From: Azolla caroliniana
Taxonomy: Eukaryota; Plantae; Polypodiophyta
Reading direction: 5' to 3'
DNA: 64,000 nt
NCBI GenBank assembly: GCA_043228905.1
Contig: JBHGNT010000013.1
Coordinates: 17,856,001-17,920,000, forward strand
The notes beneath the pieces are model-generated. The model saw only the letters and a program-made list of their open reading frames with translations, had not been told where the DNA came from and made no database searches. Both the position numbers and the translations under genes were made by a program. The stretch's first letter is position 1. Each line of letters begins with the position of its first letter. Shown here one piece after another: positions 55,187-64,000 of the stretch.

Positions 55187-58100
55187 AGAACACAAATGTC
55201 TCCTTTAGCCCAAAACAAAAGAAAGCTGAAAATTGGAATGTTTGTGTAATAAAAACACACAACAGACAGACACACATACACACATGCCATTGAGAGCCTC
55301 TACTTAAATAGAGAGGGGAAACAGGGGAGTTTCCTTAATGGGCAAAATCAGTTTTGTCTTTCTTGCCATGTCCTCCTCCTTTCCTCTCTCTTTCTTCTGC
55401 TCTTTTTTTATTCCAAAGAAAGAAAAAGCTCCCCCCCAAAACACACACATACACATGCTTGCTTTCTTCCATTATAGTCAAACATGGAATATCCTTTGGT
55501 TTGTTTGTTTCCATACAAAAAAAAACAAAGAAAAATCAATTCTAAAAGTAAATATGCAGTAATGCTACACACTGTGTAGATAAATTCTCATGTCTTTATT
55601 TATTGTTTGTGTGCTTCTTAATGCCCTCATCTTCAAAGCCACATCACATAAAAGTTGTTCCATTGGAGGGGCATTACAAGTTGTTTAAAGTTTAAACAAC
55701 AACAAAAAAACAAGAAGAAGAAGAAATGAGAGGATTTGATGTGAAAAAGACCATTCCCTAAGTGGACTATACAAAACAAAACCAAAAGAAAGAAAAAGCC
55801 ACGCGCAGTTGTTGAGTTTGAAATCACCAACGTTTATGTAAAGATACTCGGCAAATCATCCAACCAATAATGCCTCGGATCACATCCATCCATCCATATA
55901 CCCAATTACGTTTAGCTACACTCAGATTAGCAATTGGAATCAGCGGATATTGATGTGTCTACGTAGTTTTCAATCGGAAACAAAAATTGGGTCTTTATTT
56001 TGTCTGGGGTATTTCTGACATATTTTTTTTATGGACATCCATATCCAACACACCAAATACCCATATGCAACTTCAGCATCCATGAGAATATAAAAACATA
56101 TATTGGTGCGCATCAACGTGATGGCATTTTTTGTTAACAAAATGTGGATGAGGTCAATATGTACTACTACGACATCTTGCATCCATTAATCCATGCTTTT
56201 CCCAATATGTACTATTTATTGATATGCTTGCATAGAATTTCGAGTTTGTGGACATGTCTTATTCTAACTCCTCCCATGTCTCACACGCATATCGAAATAT
56301 TTTTCCAACTTTAGGTTTGGTTGGACATGAGAAATCTACTATATATGTGCTAGGGATCCTATTTTCCATGTTGCATTAAGTACTAGACCTCTTTCTAGCA
56401 CTGGCCTCACTTCGATGACATGTTTATAGAATCTTTAGCTCTTTAGTGTTTCATATTTAATCTCCAACAATAGTACCAAAGTATTCACGATGCTACCATG
56501 CATGTTGGTAAGGCACGTCCATTCTAAATAGTCGACATTGTTGACTATCTCAAATTGCTTCACCTTGATATGTGAATTTTAGATTCATTTGTTGTATCTA
56601 ATATCCGTAACTTTTGCTTTTACTCGCACAAATTGAGAAATCACTAATGTCCTAAAATGCATGCATCTTCTCCGATTTGCAATTTTGAGGTGTTGTAATC
56701 TAGAAGCACTACGTCTTGTCCACACGTGAATGGCAATATGTGAACATCATAGTGGACAAATTATCTTATCTTGTATCCATGGTTTCTATTTAAAGACACA
56801 CATAGAGGATGAAAGTACACAGTTGACGATTATTATCTTGAAGCTAAAAAGGAAAATTCTAGGTCACATTTTAGAATTGAAGTTATGCACATATATTCCA
56901 TAAGTAGTTTACGGAGACATGTACAAAGAGCCAATAAATTCTACAACGATTATTAGAATCCCAATTCTCAATGGATAGTTATCCAACACAACCAATGATT
57001 GGGTTGATGGGTGCCCCTTACCATAAACTAATGTACCTAATAGGTGGGTTTGTCCTCCCTCTTGATGGAAGCATGTTTCTGCATTCTCATGATTATACAT
57101 AAGGACCCTTACCTAACCTCGTTGAACCCCATCACCCATGTGCACCTATACAATTGTACATGTGTGTGAAATACACATGTGTATTACTTCTGGTTTCGAC
57201 TTTGCCTAAGAGATGTTTAGATCAATTCAATGTCTTGATGTCTCACTTCATAACAAATTTAAAGGTTTAAATTACAAATCAAGGTAGGTAATTTTGGCTT
57301 TAGTTTTGTCTCAAAATTGCACACTAGAGTGGAAAAATGTGCAAGCTTTGTTGAGTATACAAATAAAATCCAGCATGTAACTTTTCAGATTAGATTTTTC
57401 TATTTACCAAGTGGACATGCGCAAAAGCTCATCATGATTCCATGTAAACAAGCAGTGTGAAAAGCAAATAAACTAAAGCCTTTTGAGAGCATTATTGAGT
57501 GGGAAAATGTGGAAGTCTTAGAATCGTTTCAGTATACAAATAAATCTAATATATGGGAGGATTTGAATTGTTCCTTACCAAGTAAAAAATTCATCATTAT
57601 TCAAGGTAACGAGTAGCATCTAAAAGAAAACTAGTTCTCTTCCATGGATGTTGATTCTGCAATCGGTTGTCCTTATCTGCTTGTTTGCATCTATATGAGG
57701 ACCCTTACATTTGGTCTCGCAAATGCTCCACGACTTATTTTTATTTACACAACAAATTAAGAGGCACAAAAAGAAAGCTAGAGCCTAGTGGGTTATAAAT
57801 TAAAGTAACTCTCTAGAGACTTAAAACTAATGGTATTTAACACCGCCCATTTGATACTTATGTATAATAATTTTCTCTCACTAATTCACAAACATATAAA
57901 GTTTTGTTCAAGTCTTTGGCGCAACTTTTCATGATGCATCGGCAACGTGGTTGACACTTTCCACCACATTGATTACCTCCCCCCCTTCCCTCAAGAACGT
58001 CACTTGTAAGAGAGATAGAAAATATACTCCATGTTGATTCTGTTCTTGTATTAGTTGTTCAACATAACAAATCTTTTCTTATTACCTTACTTTGTGGCCT

Positions 58101-60099
58101 CATCTTTAACTCTATGTTGTTATGTGCTACTCCCTAAGAAGAATATGTAATCATTGCATGTTTTTGTCGGTTTATGACTTCAGTTATTCTCGTGCTTAAT
58201 GTGGCACTTGTCCACTTGTTAAGAATTAGTGTCAAGTAGTAAACATAAACAATCGTTGAAAAGAAAAGTACAATAAGGTAATACATGAGCGAAATAGTAG
58301 GTGAAGGATTGTTGAGCTCATAAAATACGTTATGTTAAAGGAATTTATTAGATGTTATATTATAATCTATCATTTAGAGGGCCCTATGAGACAATGGTCC
58401 ACAAATAAGAGTACGGAATATATTTGTGTTAGGTTTACATTATTTTCTTGCATGGTTAGAAGTTGTACACGTAAATAACAAAGGATCTTAGAGGACTAAA
58501 ATAAAGGTCTATAGAAATTTGACATATTAAGTTACTATAATGTACCTCTTTATGTAAAAGAGAAAGACACATGGAACGATCTTACAACAAAAATCTACCA
58601 TACAATCAAGAGAAAAGTTCAACTGACACAATGAAAGTATTATGCTCCTGCAATGCAATATCTTTATTCTTGAATATGATAACATGTGCATAATTTTTAG
58701 CATGTGCTTCTCGCCAATATCTTTGACCTGCACAACTAAATTACGATTTCTTCATGCATGCACCTAGGCTTCTTCAATTGTTTTCTTATATTGTCAAGGG
58801 CCAAATGTGAAGAGATTACACAAGCGCGTGCACACACACAATAATGTAAATTGCAACTTATATTTTAATTTAATCTACTCCAATTATGCAAATGTATATA
58901 TACACATGTGTATAATAAAAAGTTGTTATCTTAAGTGGAAATCGGGTTAAAACCTTATGTGGTGTATAAAATTGTGATGGTTATTGCATGTCTGCATGGT
59001 TAGGTGGACCAAACACCTACATCTCAAAGCTTAGTGGGAATTTGTAGATCCCCACTCTCTAAAAAAAGCCCTCATGATCCCTTACCTTGGATAAATGAGC
59101 ACACATGTTTTTTCTTTCTTTTGCAATGATTTTTTCTTTTCTTTGATAGTGCCCATAATTTAATGCATGTAGATTCAAAAGCAATGGCTTGTGATTGCAT
59201 GGTAAGAAATGCCAAACACATATGTATATTGTTGGACATTCAGTTAAGAACAAGATTACAAGAATATACTAAAGACTGGTGTTGAACTACAATGGTTCGT
59301 CAGTAACTAGTGTACGTGCTTAAATAGCATAGTTAGAAACTTGTATGCTTGGAGGCTCACAAATATGCATGACCTCCACTTGGCATTCATGCAAGCAAGC
59401 CATTTGACGATTATGCATTAGCCTCTTGTAATATTAAATGTATCTAAGATTCTCTACGAAAGTTATATTATTAATAAACAATAAGCAATTGATTATAACT
59501 ATGATATATATAATCGAGATTATGAGTTCAAGCCCTCTTACGACCATTCATGGTATTTTCTATAGATACCAATGACATTATTCCCGTTCTTTAATGAAGA
59601 GATTGATGAGTCGCAATGACACTATAGATCAATCACAATGCATGAACTAGGACTTGGGATATTGATGTATATTATACAGATGCTTGCGACACTATCCCCT
59701 TCATTCAAATGAGTTGCGATGCATGAACTAGAACTTGACTTATTATGATATTAATGATGAAATTCAACAACAATGTTTATGGCATTTGTGAGATTCTTCA
59801 TAGGTTTACTGTCTCATTCCTAGGTGTATAATTTAACAAATCCATCAAGTAAAATGATTTATTATGCTCAACTTGAACATCAAGGAGCTCAACTAGAGGT
59901 GGTGGAAGAATAACACGATGTGGGATAGAGCATGGAATATTGCATGAAGATGCACACATGGGAGATCAAGATGAAATGTGACTTCATTGATCTCATCAGC
60001 AATAACATATAGATGAAGGTGTTGATAATCTAACTTCGTGCAAGGTTTAGTGGTCTTTATATTACTTCATAAGCACTATACATAATCCCAACTCAAAAC

Positions 60100-60307
60100 T
60101 TAGGTTCTTTTGTTGATGAGTTAAGATGGTGATGATCTGCAAATCTATTATTTGTGGCTTGAGCATAATGTAAATGGTACGAAAGAGTATCGTGAATATC
60201 TTGGGTTTAGGTTCTTTTGTTGATGAGTCAAGGTGGTGATGATCTGAAAATTTTCTTACATGAGGCTTGAGATAATGTAAAGGGCAGAAAGAGTAGTGTG
60301 AATATCA
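60100..60307. repeat. ~107-bp tandem duplication
   Basis: taggttcttttgttgatgagt..ggtgatgatctg..ggcttgag..taatgtaaa..gaaagagta..gtgaatatc x2. Similar diverged doublets at ~47340-47605 and ~57325-57620. Confidence 0.8.
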
Positions 60308-62119
60308 TCGAGCTAAAGTAGATGATTCTCAATAGTGAGATTTTTTTGAGATTTTTGGAAGTTCAAGCATCATTTAGCAAAGATGACATCTAAATTGGCA
60401 AAGAAAGGAGTATGTTTTCTAGAAGAATGAGCTAAATTATTGTAACCAAACTCCACTTAGTACAAAAAATCAACCTGATCATGCGGTTGGTAGTTGATAA
60501 TCCCATTACCCTACTTCCCTCTTTCCTGAATACATTCTATCCTACTCATCTATGGTTCCCCACATTGACACCTCATCAACCCATATGGTTGAGTTATACA
60601 ATAGCTACTCATTTGGGTGCTAACAGAAAATGTGCACTCTAAGAACGTGGGGATAAATTGACAACTTGGGGTTGATCATTGATTATGTCTAACAAAGGGT
60701 GCAAACATTCAGATTAAAGTCACATGTTGCATCAGTTTTTCTGACTCAACATACCACCAATCCTTTCTTAAGCCACAAAACTCTTTCCATGACATTAAGA
60801 AATAGCTTTCTGGACTAAGCATATAAAGGTAAACTCAAATAGGAAAAATTTCTGAGATAGCCATAACCAAATTTGAGCTCTGTAACAAACCCCCTGTCAT
60901 CAACATATTTTTGGATTGTGGGTAGCTAAGGTTTAAGTGGATAGCACCAAAACTTAGTTATGCCCTAGCATGGGAAAAATCTAGTGAGAGACATTCTGAA
61001 CATCAAGGATTGATCAAATTGACCTTGTCTAAGTTTGCCAACAAAAGAGTACCAGGCACAAGATTGATTCCAAATTTGAAGCATGCATAAAAGTGACCTC
61101 AGTTGAATGAACTTAGGTGGTGTTTTCCAAGATATCGTTGCATCTGCTCACTTAGGAGAACATGGAAGTTGTATCTCTATATCACACTCAGGGGCTCCGC
61201 AATACAAGGATTTTGTGTCTTGCCTGTCATTGCATTGCTCGGTCTGTATCATATAAATCCTATACATGTACAGTTTAACAGGCATAACGTATCAATCTTT
61301 CATAAGAGAGCATGATGATCTTGACACAATGATCTTGCAATGCCTCTTCAATCCTCCAAAACGATACTCCAATCAAAACAATGGTTTCTTCTAGTACTCT
61401 ATCTTCCTCAATAGTTTATAATCAATTATATTCAGGGCCAGCCACAAACCTTGAGTCTAGATCAAAATGTCTAAACCCTTAAATAATAATAAAATACTAA
61501 GCAGCCTAAATATGGCAACTAAACCAGAAATTTTGTCACTAACGATATGTGAAAAAACTGAATATGCTAGATGTCTCTCCCTTATACATGATGATTGATG
61601 TTTAAATGCTTGTGTTTGGTCTTACATACATCTACGACACAAAATATGAAGACTGTTTGCATCTTTGCACAATGTGATGAATTTGGTCGCATACACATAC
61701 AAACAATCATTGATATACATCAAATTAGTTTCCTAGTCAGAGGCTCTGATTGGATCTCACAAAACTACACAAATACACCCTATGAACCAGTTGCTGATCA
61801 GTTACAAAGGAGCCATGGTAAGTATATGCTTCCTCTTAATTCACAGCGCATATGACAATGTCTTAACCATTGAATGATAAAGTTCATCACCAACAGCAAT
61901 AGTCTTGATCATACCTTCCATCCTCAAAAATGAATGTGGTTTTCATCATCCATCTAACTATCAAAAACCCTCCATTCTTTTTTTGCAGGTGGGTATTTAA
62001 TGCCTACATTTCAGTGTCATTTAGTAAAGTTGTGCGGTTAATGTGATTTGAACCCAGGTGCATGGGTAAATACAAATATGGGTTACCAAATAGGGCACAA
62101 CTCCAAGCCTCAGTACAAC

Positions 62120-64000
62120 TCATGCATATATATTTCCCATAGAAACATAGGTAGCAGCACACTTTTTATCCAACTCTACTGATTGCTCAAAAGCCCATCT
62201 CCCAAGCTTCACATTACTCCATTTTCTACAAGAGCCCAATATACTTCGTAATAGAGGAAGATTTTCAGAATAGGGAGCCGTGTCAAGGAAAACATTCAGC
62301 TTGTCAAAGCATCCTGCACGGCCAAACAGATCAATCATACATGTATAGTGTTCTTGAGTCGGAATCAAACAGTATTGCGCGCACATTTCATCAAATAAAA
62401 TTTCGCCCTCCTTCACTAGACCTGCATGACCACATGCATTCAGCAAAACAACGAATGTAACAATATCTGGCATAACATCTTCGGTTTTCATTCTGTTATA
62501 AAGATCTAAAACCATATAAACTTGACCAAACTGGCCATACCCAGCGATCACAGCATTCCAAGACACAACATCATGGATTGGAATGCCCTCAAACACGGCT
62601 CGTGCTTTCCTCAATTCTCCACATTTTGAATACATCTCCACCAACGCGTTGCCAAATACGAAATATTTCTCCAATAACCCGTTGTTCCTAACCTCAGCAT
62701 TTATATCCATCCCAATCTCTAGAGACCCCACAATGCTACAAGCTTTCAAAATGCAGACATATGTTACCTCATCCGGACAGACATTTATATCTTTCATTTG
62801 TTTGAAGCATTTCAATGCCTCATCGCCAAGCCCATTTTGGGTATATCCAGTGATCAGTGCATTCCAAGTAACAATATCCCAAACTGGAAGCTTTTCAAAC
62901 ACTTCTTGTGCTTTCTCTAATGCCCCACACTTGCAATACATGTCCAGTACCGCATTGCCAAGAACAACGTCTTTCTCCAATAAATCATGCTTTCTGACCT
63001 CAGCATATATATCTTCCCCAATCTCCAGAGACCCAACAATACCACAAGCTCTCAAAACGGACACATAAGTTACAGAATTGGGAGAGACTCCCCTATCCTT
63101 CATTTGTCTGAAACATATCAAGGCTTCATCACCAAGTCCATTTTGGGCATATCCAGCAATCAGGGCACTCCAAGCCACAACATCCTGTTCCTCAAGCTGA
63201 TTAAATACTTCTCGTGCTTTTGTTAGCATGCCACATTTTGAATACATGTCCACCAATGCATTTCCAATTAAGACATCTTTCTCTAATAATCCTTTCTCTC
63301 TGATCTCAGAAACAATATCTTCCCCAATTTCAAGACACCCCACCATGCCACAAGCTTTCAAAATACTGACATAAGTTACTGCACTTGGAAAAAAACCCGC
63401 ACCTTTCATTTGTTTGAAACATTTTAAGGATTCATCTCCAAAACCATTTTGGGCATATCCAGAAATCAGGGCATTCCATGAGACCACATCACGCATTGGA
63501 AGCCGCTCAAACAATTCCTGAGCTTTTTCAAGTGCACCACACTTGCAATACATATCCACTAATGCGTTGCCAACCATGACATCTTTCTCCAATAACCCTT
63601 GCTTTGTAACCTCAAGGCATATATCTTTTCCAGCCTCCAGAGACCTCAAGATGCCACAAGCTTTCAAAACACTGACATAAGTTATGGCATTTGGACAGAC
63701 TCCTGCATCTTTCATTTGCAAGAAACATTTCAATGCTTTGTCAGCAAGTCCAACTTGGGTATATCCTGCAATCAGGACACTCCATGACACAACAGTTTTT
63801 TCTGGAAGCTCTTCAAAAACTTCTTCTGCTTTCACTAGTGCACCACACCTGGAATACATATCCACCAATGCAGTTCCTAGCATGACATCTTTCTCCAATA
63901 ATCCTTGACGTTTAACCTCAACATGTATATCTTCCCCTATCTCTAGACACCTCATGAAGCCACATGCTTTCAAAACAGAGATGTAAGTTATCGAATTTGG
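62120..64000 (-). CDS. PLS-class pentatricopeptide repeat protein with E-type C-terminus and no DYW domain; 5'-truncated by the window edge
   Basis: Intronless ORF of at least 617 aa, open to the window end, with P-L-S triplets of ~102 aa (VSWNALI.GY / VTYVS.LKACG / GNALVDMY.KCG). Followed by P2-L2-S2 (EHYTCMIDLFGRAG) and an E motif ending ATYVSMGNIYA*. Confidence 0.95.
   Translation of the reverse strand, partial: PNSITYISVLKACGFMRCLEIGEDIHVEVKRQGLLEKDVMLGTALVDMYSRCGALVKAEEVFEELPEKTVVSWSVLIAGYTQVGLADKALKCFLQMKDAGVCPNAITYVSVLKACGILRSLEAGKDICLEVTKQGLLEKDVMVGNALVDMYCKCGALEKAQELFERLPMRDVVSWNALISGYAQNGFGDESLKCFKQMKGAGFFPSAVTYVSILKACGMVGCLEIGEDIVSEIREKGLLEKDVLIGNALVDMYSKCGMLTKAREVFNQLEEQDVVAWSALIAGYAQNGLGDEALICFRQMKDRGVSPNSVTYVSVLRACGIVGSLEIGEDIYAEVRKHDLLEKDVVLGNAVLDMYCKCGALEKAQEVFEKLPVWDIVTWNALITGYTQNGLGDEALKCFKQMKDINVCPDEVTYVCILKACSIVGSLEIGMDINAEVRNNGLLEKYFVFGNALVEMYSKCGELRKARAVFEGIPIHDVVSWNAVIAGYGQFGQVYMVLDLYNRMKTEDVMPDIVTFVVLLNACGHAGLVKEGEILFDEMCAQYCLIPTQEHYTCMIDLFGRAGCFDKLNVFLDTAPYSENLPLLRSILGSCRKWSNVKLGRWAFEQSVELDKKCAATYVSMGNIYA

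Noticed and set aside
62583-63908. Plus-strand ORFs opposite the PPR gene
   Set aside because: Antisense shadows of the repetitive PPR coding sequence.

Overview
Eukaryotic plant nuclear DNA. A fern is inferred from the style of the PLS-PPR gene, an intact MIR529 and a Tcn1-like chromovirus remnant; the species cannot be determined from sequence alone. 1-7.9 kb is a three-level retroelement nest: a chromodomain-bearing Ty3/gypsy 3' end was interrupted by a non-chromovirus (Athila-like) Ty3/gypsy element on the minus strand. That element was in turn interrupted by a 1,073-bp TG..CA solo-LTR-like insert with 12-bp terminal inverted repeats, a 4-bp target-site duplication (TSD) and an internal tRNA-derived Pol III A/B-box module. 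8-19 kb holds LINE 3' ends and decayed repeats. The genic part contains an 11-exon SEC14/CRAL-TRIO gene (+), a 14-exon ATP-dependent phosphofructokinase with an acidic repeat tail (-), and a 2-exon gene for a protein with ~13 12-aa repeats, an RVxF motif and a C-terminal Cys cluster (+). It also contains an intron-containing RPS10 pseudogene (+), a MIR529 hairpin (-) and the 3' part of a PLS-E class PPR gene (-). Local tandem duplications recur in promoters, introns and coding sequence. Exon coordinates were derived by hand from GT/AG boundaries and reading-frame continuity.
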